A DNA stretch of 63,996 nt, counting the filler, from Basidiobolus ranarum (Eukaryota): the NCBI GenBank assembly GCA_040143965.1. It is 6 parts of 6 records of this genome, joined end to end, with 100 filler letters (N's around TTAATTAATTAA, not from the genome) between each part and the next. Parts side by side here need not be neighbours in the genome. Positions count along the whole stretch, not along the records: positions 43,748 to 54,566 come from JASJQH010007540.1; positions 54,667 to 63,996 come from JASJQH010007716.1; 4 more parts are not named here. One strand, 5' to 3'. This document shows positions 52,981 through 63,996 of this stretch, one piece after another. The translations under genes were made by a program, and so were the position numbers. The notes beneath the pieces were generated by a model. The model was not told where the DNA came from, searched no databases, and was given only the letters and a program-made list of their open reading frames with translations. Each line of letters starts with the position of its first letter. Position 1 is the stretch's first letter.

Positions 52981-53535
52981 TTAGTGTCTTCTATTGCCAC
53001 TGAAGTATCTGATCTTGAAGGCACTGTGGCCATATTTCTTGTACTTCTTGTAAGCTCTTCTGGGTCGGTGCAAAGCCCATTGGGGAATGATAATTGGTGG
53101 TTGAGGTTGCTGAGCTGGTTGGTACACGGTTTGGTCAACCAACTGAGCTTGATCGAATTGATTCGAGTTGGACAGAGCTTGACTACCTTGAGATGAATGA
53201 CCTTTTACTTCATCCAATAATGCCTCCTTGGGCTGGAGGTGAGACAAGTCCACGTTCAATTTAGCTGGGGCCACTTCATGACGCTCGTAGATCTCAGGGG
53301 CCTCTTCACGGACTTCTGGCTCACTTACTGTGGTTTCTGGGACAGTTTCTTGGCTGATGGTACCATGTTCCACGGGCACAATGGCTTCATGGGTTTGGAC
53401 AGGCACCACACAAGGGGTTACTAGTTCTCCACAAACTGTACCACCATAGGCAGCTGAAGCGTCATGGACAGGAACTCCTGACACTGTATGGATCAGGATG
53501 CAAGAGGATACAAGAAGGGCGAAGACTGATTGCAT
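52981..53535 (-). CDS. Cationic-tail secreted protein family, copy A (complete, 184 aa, intronless)
   Basis: Signal peptide MQSVFALLVSSCILIHTVSG|VPV, Glu/Val/Pro-rich region, conserved core NVDLSHLQPKEALLDEVKGHSSQGSQALSNSNQFDQ, Q/P stretch, HRPRR|AYKKYKKYGHSAFKIRYFSGNRRH. Confidence 0.88.
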   Translation of the reverse strand: MQSVFALLVSSCILIHTVSGVPVHDASAAYGGTVCGELVTPCVVPVQTHEAIVPVEHGTISQETVPETTVSEPEVREEAPEIYERHEVAPAKLNVDLSHLQPKEALLDEVKGHSSQGSQALSNSNQFDQAQLVDQTVYQPAQQPQPPIIIPQWALHRPRRAYKKYKKYGHSAFKIRYFSGNRRH

Positions 53536-54168
53536 GGTTGAAGAGTTACAGATGTCGAAGAATTCGATGTCGAATGATAATCCAAGGAAGGATGAGGAGT
53601 GCTTTTATTGAAAGGAGTATTATTTAATTACCTTCCTTAATAACACAAACTTTCAACTCTCACTGGAGCAAAATAAGCTTCTACTCGTAATTGAACGAAT
53701 CTTCCGTAACAAGTATTAGCAATAAACGCTGAATTATACATTTCTCAGTGTTACTGGTGAGAAAACTAGAAGCTCAGGTTTTCAGTAAATTAAATTATTC
53801 GGGTTCAGAAAACTTTTCTCACATCATATGTACTCTGTTGATATCTCATTTCTGCTCAACACTTAAATTATATAGAGTGTTTGATTTCAAAGAGTCGAGT
53901 AAGATGAGAAAGAGCAATCAAATGATCTAATTCTTCATAAGCGATAGCACAAAGATACTTGAAAGTGAAAGGGTTTTTAGCCTTTCTTGATCGATCAACT
54001 TTGACTTCTCGATATTTTACTTTTATGATCTAGTCATTAAATTGTATGAGCTTAAGATTTACTAGTATTTATTATAACTGTTTGGTTGCTAGGAGAGCTG
54101 AATATTTCAAGTAAAGACAGTAGTCAACTAAATGAAAAAACTGTTCTTTGGTAGTTGATATACCACCA

Positions 54169-54566
54169 TTAGTGTCTGTTTCCACTGAAGTATCTAATTT
54201 TGAAGGAACGATGAGCAAATTTCTTGTATTTTTTGTAGGCTCTTCGGGGTCGGTGCATTGGCCACTGGGGAATGATGATCGGAGGTTGAGGTGGCTGAAC
54301 TGGTTGGTACACTGTCTGGTCAACCAACTGAGCTTGATCGAATTGATTCGAATTGGACAGAGCTTGACTACGTTGGGAAGAGTGACCTTTCACTTCGTCA
54401 AGTAGTGCTTGTTTGGGCTGTAATTGACTCAGATCAACATTCCATGAAGAAGGACTCGCGGAATATGAAGGGGCCTCTTGAGTTTGGTCTTCAAACTGTG
54501 ACTGGTCGCCTTCAGCTGGAGCTTGTTCCATTTGACCTTGATCGAAAGTAGATTTCTCACCTGCTG
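54169..54566 (-). CDS. Cationic-tail secreted protein family, copy B (5' lost at contig end)
   Basis: Frame open to the gap: AGEKSTFDQGQMEQAPAEGDQSQFEDQTQEAP..NVDLSQLQPKQALLDEVKGH...HRPRRAYKKYKKFAHRSFKIRYFSGNRH*. Confidence 0.85.
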
Positions 54567-54699
54567 NNNNNNNNNNNNNNNNNNNNNNNNNNNNNNNNNN
54601 NNNNNNNNNNTTAATTAATTAANNNNNNNNNNNNNNNNNNNNNNNNNNNNNNNNNNNNNNNNNNNNGGCTATAGATACGTTGCTTTCTGTTTCTGATAT

Positions 54700-55350
54700 A
54701 TGTATCATAACTAAAGTTAACTATGATGTTGAATAAAGATTAATTATCCAACAAAACCTCCATCCTGTTCACATATATGATCAACACCTGTTGATTTGGA
54801 AACAATTGAATGTGCTTAATTCTATTAGAAGCAACATATTATTTACACTTGCTAATATACAATGATGAATGTAGAAGAGGATAGCTTTATAAGGTGCTAA
54901 GGAAATGTGGAAAGCACTTCAGGATTTCTGAGGGGGTTTGGAATTCAATCTTTTTCTCGATATTTCTGAGATATATATAAATATTACACTCCTTGAAAAA
55001 GAAGTATTCAAGAAATCAGCTTTACAGGTGTTTAAAGCAGAATATGAATAGTAGTGGGGAGAAATTACTTTTCCCACAAAACAGTGTGAGGTAACTCAAC
55101 AGTAGTAAAAAATGGAGATGGTTTGCGCATGATATATGTTGCCAAATAATATAAGGTACATCTTCAAAATTGGCCAGTCAGAATACAACATACATGACTC
55201 TAATTCTTTATAGCTATTTGATGGTGCTTACATTCAAAGTTGCTCTTTTCCTGGTTAGCTACAGATTTTACATATACATACACTTATTGTTGAAGAAGAA
55301 TTAAAGTTTAACTGTAAAAATATCTTTTGAATGTAGGTAATTCTGCTCTA
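54700..55350 (+). mobile_element. Possible decayed Mutator/SWIM-type transposon fragment
   Basis: CpG-poor decayed sequence; FDGAYIQSCSFPG..THLLL near 55215-55290 loosely resembles a SWIM CxC..CKH finger. Confidence 0.25.
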
Positions 55351-56637
55351 CATATATTTTATGGCAGACAGAGTTCAAAAGGTTGAAATATATATATCAT
55401 TCATTTGATGATCAGTATGGGCTAAGAATCCTCAGAATCCGAATATTCTCTCGAGATAGATTGACAACATTTCTTATTAATATATCTATAATTCTAATAT
55501 CAATATTACTATGTCAACTAGCTTAAGTTACTGTTTAAGAACACAGATCAATTGGTAAATTTATGTAACAAATTAATATTTCAATTAGTTTATATCTTAT
55601 GCAGACTTTAGGTATTAGTATACTTACTGGTGAAGTTACTACTAGTCGCCGCAAGTTTTAGATACTTGTTAATATGCCATATTTGTTTTTTATCGTGATA
55701 TAAAATATGGATAATATTTCTCCTCACCCCTGCAATGTGATAAACATTGCTTGCGGGATTCTCGGATCATCACTGCAGGATATAGTGTTCTGAAATAGAA
55801 TTTCTGTGGTACGAAACAAGTTAAGAAAAAAATGATCTAGATTAAATCATTGGAGTAAATTTACTTTTATGGTTAATAGGTGGCAATCGAATCACTTAAT
55901 ATGGCCTAGATCTTTCAGATAGAACTTCTCTCTTTCTTCAATATTTCTAACATGTAAATTTAACAAGATTTTATCACTTAAACCAGATTATTACTTGGCA
56001 CTATTTGGGGTCATAGAATCAGAATTTTCTAGTCAACTTCCGGTGGTAAAAACTTTCTGAGTTCAAAATATTCCGAGATTGTTGGTAGAAGCAACACGGC
56101 AATTCTCTCCATTAACCCGAAAGTAAAGAGATGACAAATTCAAAAGGCTTAGGAAAGAAAGTGCCCTTGAATATTTACACAGCGGTAGTATTTCTAGTGT
56201 TAATCACTCTCTTAAAGTTATGAACAGCACCCATCTCTTGGCAAAATAAACATGTCTGGAGTACGATAGAAATTTCAACAACGACAACAATAACAACAAA
56301 AAGAAGTACTCACCAAAATATCCTTCTTGTCTGTTCAACAGCAGTTCTAGCGTAGGTATTCTGCGGAAAAACGGTGGTATACACACAGGCTCTAAATTCT
56401 ACAGCTTAAACTCATTCCTACATAGGCATATCAATCCAAAAGTAGGATTACGGTTCGGTACTGACAATTCACCGAAGAGGTATAGAAGGTACATCTCCAG
56501 TTGATGATCGTGGTTAGAATTATTGTTTATCATGAGAAAAGTAAAAGTTAATTTTCCCGATTGGGAACTTTCGAAGAAACTTCAAATCTATAAAAGCAAG
56601 CCATCCGGTACACTTTCATTACAGAAAAAAATTAAAT

Positions 56638-58514
56638 ATGACTTCGGATACCCCCTCAACAATAGCTGAAAAGGAAGTAAATTCCTCCACTAACAATGTT
56701 GACCCTTTGGACTTGATAAAACAAGGGGATTTGGAGAAAAGTGAAATGAAATCTGCCCCAATGGACGAAGAACATCAGGCCGTAGCATTACCGTTTGCTA
56801 AACTACTACTAGTCTTTCTTGGTCTTGCACTGGCCATTTTATTGGCTGGTCTCGACCAGACCATTGTGGCTACAGCTTTACCAAAGATCGCTTCGGACTT
56901 TAACGCATTCAATCAAATTTCTTGGGTAGCCACTGCTTATATGTTAACCGCCACAGCCTGTCAGCCCCTCTATGGAAAGGTAAGATCATGCATTTATCGA
57001 ATATTGTACAGTTTACGGCTCTAACATTGAATCTAGTTCTCCGATATTTTTGGTCGTAAAGCGGCTTTCCTATTTGCTATTGTCATTTTTGAAGTTGGTA
57101 GTGCTTTGTGTGGATGCTCTCAAAATATGACTATGCTGATTGTAGCTAGAGCAGTTGCTGGAATCGGTGGTGCTGGAAGTAAGTATTCATCGATGAAACA
57201 TCGTCTGTTTGCCGAAATTAACTCAATCTCTTTTAGTTCAAGGAATGGTGTTTATTATTATCTCAGAGATCGTCCCGATCCGGGAGCGTGGAAAATATCA
57301 AGGGTTCATTGGTGCTACAGTAAGTGACAACTTAACATGTGCTACATACTGCGATGTTGATCGCTAATTGTTTCCTTTTCTTCAGTATGGTATCTCCTCT
57401 GTTCTTGGTCCTCTTTTAGGTGGTATCTTCACTGATGACGTTACTTGGAGGTATGTATTCTCACTGATATCGCATTCTTTATCAAATTTACTCACAGTAT
57501 TCTTATAGATGGGCTTTCTACATTAATCTCCCTATTGGTGCTCTCACCGTCATCGTTGTCTTTTTGTTCCTTCATCTTCCTACACCCCAGGGCTCCCTCA
57601 AAGAGAAGATCAAGAGAATTGATTTTATAGGTACCATACTTCTCTTGGCCTTCATCATTACTCTTTTACTACCTACCCAGTGGGGAGGAAGCACTTACCC
57701 TTGGAACTCTCCCAAGATCATCGCTCTTTATTGCGTGTCAGGAGTATTGCTAATCGCATTCGTCATTGTGGAGTATCGCTATGCTGCTGAACCCATTGTT
57801 CCTTGTCGGTTGTTTGCTATGCGTACACCTTTGTTTACTTTCATCACCATGTTCTTCTTTGGTATGGCATTCTTCGGATTGATCTATTACATTCCATTGT
57901 ACTTCCAAATTGTTCGCGGAGAATCTGCTACGTCATCAGGACTTGAGATGTTACCCATGATGCTTTCAGCATCTGCACTCAGTATCATTACCGGAATTAT
58001 GATCTCCAAAACTGGTATAATCGTGATTTGGTGTTGGGTTGGATCGGTTATTATGACGGTTGGAACTGGTCTGTTAACCGTATGGAACGCCAACTCAGGC
58101 CGAGGTGATCAGATTGGATTCTTACTTATCTTGGGTTTCGGAGCTGGTTGCTGTGTGCAAACGTTAATTTTCGCCGGTCAGTCAGCAGTTCCCCATAAAG
58201 ATATGGGAGTGGTCACAGCTTTATGCGCTTTCTTCCGATCAGTTGGAGGTGTTCTTGGAATCGCCATTTTCGGAGCTTTATTCAACAATAAGTTGACTAC
58301 TGGTCTTGGAAATTTGGACTTTGATATTCCTATCAAGGAGGCCACTAATAACTTCAACTTTATCAACACTCTACCCGCCGGTGAAAGAGAACAGGTCATC
58401 GATGTGTATGTTAGTGTCCTTCGCACTCTCTTTATCATCGCTACCGTCATGTCCGGGCTTACTTTCGTGTCCTCTTTGGGTATCAAATATATTAAGATGC
58501 AAAAACACAATTAA
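56638..58514 (+). CDS. MFS drug:H+ antiporter, DHA2 / 14-TM type
   Basis: [88 protein letters not shown]; four short introns; TATAAAAG at ~56589. Confidence 0.93.
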
Positions 58515-58818
58515 GCAACAAGAGTAGTATCTCATATGTAATATATTCCAACCAGTAATTGCCCTTAATTTACAATAAACAACTATTCGTTCAATTAATC
58601 GAACACCGTTGAATATGGCCAATGAGGATATCATAGGTAGGAGAATGGAATATAGTAGCAAGCGAAGTCAACCGATACGACCAAAATGGATTATGGTGGA
58701 TCATTCATTCACATCTCTTTGCTCCTCTGCTTACTTACTAGAGCCGCAATAATAAACAAGATCTGGGGCAACATGGTTCTATTCAGAATATGGAAGAATA
58801 AAAACTCTTATAAACTCA

Positions 58819-58925
58819 ATATGGCAATGTATATATAGCAATAGGCGTCTATATGGCAATGTATATATAGTAATAGGCGTCTATATGGCAATGTATATAT
58901 AGTAATAGGTATCTATATGGCAATG
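58819..58925. repeat. 32-bp minisatellite, about 3.3 copies
   Basis: atatggcaatgtatatatag(c/t)aatagg(cg/ta)tct starting at 58819, 58851, 58883, partial at 58915. Confidence 0.9.
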
Positions 58926-59598
58926 GCCATAGATATCTAAATTCGAATCTCCATGGCTTTACCTCAGCTACCAAATATAAATAGAAATTCTATCAATGGA
59001 TTGTACTTTTAGGTCTCTTTATCTCTAGCTAATCAAAACCCGTACCTCGGTAATTGCGAAAAGTGACCGTAGTCGAACTAACTATATCAGATGGTAAACA
59101 ACAATTCAAAATCTTCTACGTCATCCGGTTTTGCGCACACGCTGATCCGAGCATGCAGACCTGAGCACTCGGAATATCTTCTTGATTATAAGTACTATTT
59201 ATAAGTTGCTCATAATTAGTTATTACATGTGACATGGTTATATTGTCTCCATAGTTCCGTACTTAACATATGGAAAGATTCTGGAATGTAAGTGAAATGT
59301 ATAGATTGTTAAATGCGTGCTATTCGGAGATAATTACAAGTCGTTGCTACTGCATGATTGAAGGAATATTAGCATACTATATATACCGCTTTTGATTACG
59401 CTCACTCAATTCTATTCATATATCCAAGTGATAATGTTATATAATAAATTTTATAATTCAGAAATGGTAACATGATAGAACTATTCTCCAAACTATTCAT
59501 CACTCATGTGTAGTATAATCTTTTTCCAACTTTCTTTATACCTTAGGAATTGAACATTGCTGGTATTCCCCGCTATTTTCAGCCCAAGTATTAGTAAT

Positions 59599-59925
59599 TG
59601 TTAAAGTTAGCATTGCCTAAACACCTATGTAGTCATATATAGCTTAGTATTTAGTTATCCTATATTGAACTAAGATATTACCCATTATTCTCAAGAGGAA
59701 TTTACTTGAAAGTTGAGGATATATAGATTTTGATAACTTGGGCTAGAAGCCCCAAACTTTGCACAAATGTTCCTAGGACCTTCATTAACACATTGTACAT
59801 GTTATTTTTTTGCATCTGGACAAAACTATATATGTCAACTTTCAACTCAACAAATCAATAAGTAAAACCACCAATTTCCCTAATTCTCCAAACCACTTCC
59901 AACAAGCTCCCAAAATACTTTAGCA
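59599..59925 (+). repeat. Probable solo LTR (TG...CA)
   Basis: Starts TGTTAAAG, ends TTTAGCA; 5' part matches 10749-10854; 3' part matches 60105-60290 inverted. Confidence 0.65.
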
Positions 59926-60104
59926 GTAGGTTTCACATATTCTGATAATGCATCAGTATATAATATTGCTTCATACTGTGCTAATTATACTACAGAATAA
60001 GCAACTATAAATCCCAAAATCTATTGCTAAGGCAATTCAGATATTTCAAGCAGTTGTATGCTGGAATTTGCTTCCATCATTTTAATAAGAGTGTGATTTA
60101 ATTG

Positions 60105-60400
60105 TGTTGAAGTATTTTGGGAGTCTGTCAGAGGTGCTTTAGAGAACTTGAAGAATTGATGGCTTTGACTTATTGATATATTGAGTGCAAGTTGATATTT
60201 ATACTTTTATCAAGAGGCAGATAAAATAATATGTAAGATATGCTCAGAAAGGTCCCAGAAGTGTGTTTATAAAGGTCGGGGTCTGTTGGAAAAGTCTGAG
60301 AAAATCAACAGATTGATGTATAATTTTAGATTCAACTTTTTGTTGAGAATACTATATTTATCACAGCACACAAACTCACTTAAAAATATAACTATGTTAG
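60105..60400 (-). repeat. Second, diverged LTR-like copy in inverted orientation
   Basis: tgttgaagtattttgggag..gacttattgat..aagttga aligns by eye with the reverse complement of 59760-59925. Confidence 0.55.
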
Positions 60401-62303
60401 AGTTCCAATAATTGCCTTTCATCTCGCAAACCTGTGAATAGGGATGTGAAAGTCCACTAGAAACAATGTTGAGTATACATAGTAGTTAAGCGCATCTGAT
60501 CATTACAATGATATAAGTAGTGTTGCTTAAATTTTCAGGCAACATATTTTTCAAGCACCATAAATAGTTCGGTGGCAAGTGATGTTGATGATTTCGATGA
60601 AAATCATGTAGGGTCATTAATCGATTAATTAGTCACTTGTCAATACGGGATTTTAACAAACAATGAAATGTATCAACAGATTCCGACTGTTCGGTCACAC
60701 TGACCACTCTTTCACTGTTGCGGTAATGACGACTTTAATTTGGATAGATTCAAAGAGCATATCTACTAACTTTAAACCTGTATTAGTGATCAAGTTTGCT
60801 GCTTACCCATCAGGTTCTGTTATAACCATGAGGATTCGGTAAAAGGAGAGTTTTCAGATTCTAGGTTCAACACGCCATACAAATCTAAGTTACTAGTTAA
60901 ATTCCAACCATGCATTGACTAGATTGTAGCAGTAGGTTGAGCTCCTATTTATAGATTACTTACTCAGTCAGTCTGTACTTTGCAATGAATATAGTCTGAA
61001 CTCTAAGTTCTAACTAGTTACAATTGGTAGAGAGTAACAGCAAACTATTGGAATTTATGACAGTGGCGTAGATGCAAATAAATTGAAGTTCACATAGGTA
61101 TTTTCCGATATTGTTATGGTAGACAGATAAAGAGGATCTTTCGCTCACTCTCATGTCTTAACGTATGCTCATAATCTTCCTCAAGTAATTGAGCATGGAA
61201 AAAATGTAATGAGAAGTACCTTTGATCATGAAGGTATTGGCTCCCACGTCTTATCGTTTCATCACTGGAAAGGCAGGGAGAGGCTAGGTTTGAGAGTTGA
61301 CGCTAAGTAACGATACTATCTACTGTGACTACTTCTGGTTGGGTAAAGAGTGGTACCTGATTGCTAAGATCATTGGTCCTAATTATGGTAATGAAAGTTC
61401 GGGCCATCACTATCAACTCTTAGAGAACTATGGCAGAAAAAGTGAGTTTCACACTCCCAAATATTTCACAATATTTAATGCAATCTCTTGTATTAAATCT
61501 GTAAGTTATTTCAATCGTAGTGTAGATGTGAAAGTTGATGTCAATAATAGAAACACCCTACTTGTACAGCCTCAATCTAAATAGAACCTTATTAGTCAAA
61601 TCAAACCTCCAATACCGTCGATTATTGCCACTACCGTCTCCAAGAAAATTGTCCTGATATCGAGAAACAGCAAAGATATTGATAGTAGACCAAGATTAAT
61701 TCATAGGTACTATCAAGGATTGTACCGCTTATTATTGCTATCGAGAGTTATACTGCTAAATATTATCAAGGATTGTACTACAAAGATGTCACCAGAGCAA
61801 TCCTTCTCGGCGTAGAGTTAGGATAAGGATATGTCACCAGAGCGTAGGGTTAGGATGCGGACATATTGAAATGGACTGAGTTTCGTAAATGGCTACATTA
61901 AAAATCACAATGACCCGAGTATTACCATGAATAGATTGTTAAGTAATATATAGGATTAGATGTAGTATTGCTGAGTAATATATAGTATTAGATATAGTAT
62001 ACAACGAATTGACTATGGTGATCCGTCTCATATCCGGTTCCACCCAGCTCTGATCAATCGCGTTAGGAGTAAGCGTCTAATTTCAACCAGACAAGTGTCA
62101 CAAATGAATCAAGTTCAATAATCTTTTTATGTTGTTTGTGCTAATTAGATGAAGACTACTTGTACTGCCATACCCACTTCTAAAGTAACGAAAATGTTTA
62201 CCAAACATTTGTACTCCATATCCCTTCCCCACCATTTACAACTTTAATTCATTATAAAAGTAACTGCTTCTTCGTCTATCATAAGATATCTCTCACTCTG
62301 ACC

Positions 62304-62546
62304 ATGAAGCTCACTATCGTCTTGTCTGCTATCGCTGCCTTATATATTACTGGAGCTGATGCCGCCTGCTATTGCCTTTCAGCCACCGGAAAAGGAACTT
62401 TCTGCGGTTTCCAGCTAGTCGGTGACTCGTGCTCTGAAAATAATCTCTACAAGTGTAATGCCTATCGTGAAGTAGCTGTAGATGTTGGAAAATGTGTTAA
62501 TGGATGTCGCGGGACCTTTCCCCAACAAAATGATCACTGCAAATAG
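62304..62546 (+). CDS. Small secreted cysteine-rich protein (80 aa, 8 Cys)
   Basis: Signal peptide MKLTIVLSAIAALYITGADA; mature ACYC..GTFCG..C..LYKC..CVNGC..DHCK; TATAAAAG at ~62253; ACCATG start context; AATAAA downstream. Confidence 0.85.
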   Translation: MKLTIVLSAIAALYITGADAACYCLSATGKGTFCGFQLVGDSCSENNLYKCNAYREVAVDVGKCVNGCRGTFPQQNDHCK

Positions 62547-63996
62547 AAATGACGTTAGAGGGGTTCACCTTAAACAACACCAACAAGTTGCGCTCAATAA
62601 AAGAATTTCTAAATAATCGAAAGATATCATTGTAAGCTTATTTCACCAAGAAACCCAAAGTCAGCATCAGATGTCATCAAAGGTGGTACCAAGATGTAGG
62701 CGCGATCCGATCAAATTGATTATATCATCTGAGCTACGAGGCACGCTTTATTTATTACGCTTAGTGATGTTAATAAATAGGAAAATGGGCGTCAGATCGC
62801 CATTTTGCAACAATCATCTCGTTGACACTGAATTAAGAACTAGAATTACTTCTGACTGGATAATGAGTAACTGTTAAATGAGTAATTGTTCAAATCCTTG
62901 TCCTTGATTATAACCATCAAGGTTAAGGCTATCACTATCAATTCCTAGAAAAGAATGATCAAACTTGTCATAACGTATGGAATAGTGATCCACACTCTCA
63001 TCTATTGGGTGACAACACGAACTTCCCTGCCGTTGGTTCAACCTTCAGAGTCAACAAGATGGAAGATCTCTTCGATGGCAATGAAAAACATAATGGTTTG
63101 TACTTGGTAATTGAGAGTACCCTAACTATAAGTTACACATTAGAATATATATTCAGTGTTCTCATTGTAAACCCCACTTAAGTATGGTGATCAATATATT
63201 CACACTAAGATTGCTACACAGCTTATCTTCAGATTTACAATAACAAGAGAAACGTACATTCAATACCGTTGAAATTTGTTACTTCATACATATTACTTAC
63301 TATTCAATTCCACAAAAATTCCACCAGAGAAATCATTATTCAGGTCAGGGTGCTCGTTCTCTGAAGTAGTAACTTGCGTTGATATTCTAAACATCACAAT
63401 ATTTCCATTTCTTGTTCCACGCAGCTAGGTTTAGCTTCTTCTGATGTTACTTATATTTGTATGCAATTCTGCCGTTGTCAGTTTCAAGCTCACTGTTTTG
63501 CAAGTATCTGAAGAGTACTAATGATCGAACTTCGGGGAAACATACCAAATATAGTTAGATTCGTAGAATGGTCTGATGACCGGAAAAACTGAGTTCAGAT
63601 TTGATAACATATAAAGTGATAACCAATGGAAAGTGATTTCTAATCAAATAGAGTTTTTGGTAGTGACTTCGAATCTACCCAACTTAATTAACAGTCTCGA
63701 TCTTGAAATAATAAATACATATTCCACGTTTCAAGGATTAAATTATTGAATAAATTGGTGGATAAGTTTGATCCATTTATTTAAGCTTGGTTGATTCATT
63801 TACTGAAACATCTAATCTGATATAAAGTAACCATAATAACTGCATGAGATAAATAGGATTTGCTATCTGGTTATGCTTATAGAGGTGTCATTTTTAACCC
63901 CAAACATCTTCATTGTATTTCCCATTCTCTTGTAATTCTTGGAAATATTGCTTAGCTTCCTGATCGTTCATACCTCCAATTTGTTGAATAATGGTG

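Noticed and set aside
52876-53196. Conserved antisense ORFs over the peptide family (also 54148-54405 + and 43696-43959 -)
   Set aside because: Shadow frames; substitutions are synonymous in the signal-peptide-bearing frame and change amino acids in these
58819-58925. Regular 32-bp repeats as a CRISPR array
   Set aside because: No unique spacers, head-to-tail tandem units, eukaryotic context

Overview
Intron-rich eukaryotic DNA (short GT-AG introns of about 50-70 nt), most consistent with an early-diverging fungus (Zoopagomycota/Mucoromycota, Basidiobolus-like; this is an inference). The window is six segments joined by 100-nt N spacers containing TTAATTAATTAA. The four complete segments fall steadily in length (10840, 10832, 10821, 10819 nt), so they are probably size-sorted unlinked contigs. 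Conserved genes: VPS60/CHMP5, tetraspanin, F-box/LRR, PRL-type phosphatase, striatin, BCAT, OAC1, a many-exon MSH5 that the ORF track misses, a SET-MYND protein, CAT2 (truncated), ZPR1, a Dabb protein, a PYP1-like HAD phosphatase, CaMK, a TBC1D5-like GAP and a DHA2 MFS transporter. One whole contig is a scrambled, CpG-depleted nest of Gypsy, Copia and CACTA relics. The best candidate for something undescribed is a family of three paralogues in one contig (43.7-54.6 kb). The complete copy is a secreted protein with an acidic pro-region, a kexin/furin-type RPRR site and a conserved 23-24 aa Lys/Arg/Tyr/Phe-rich C-terminal peptide, and the tail shows purifying selection. Also notable are a small 8-Cys secreted protein and a Cx2Cx6HxC-finger protein with a possible MADS-like segment.
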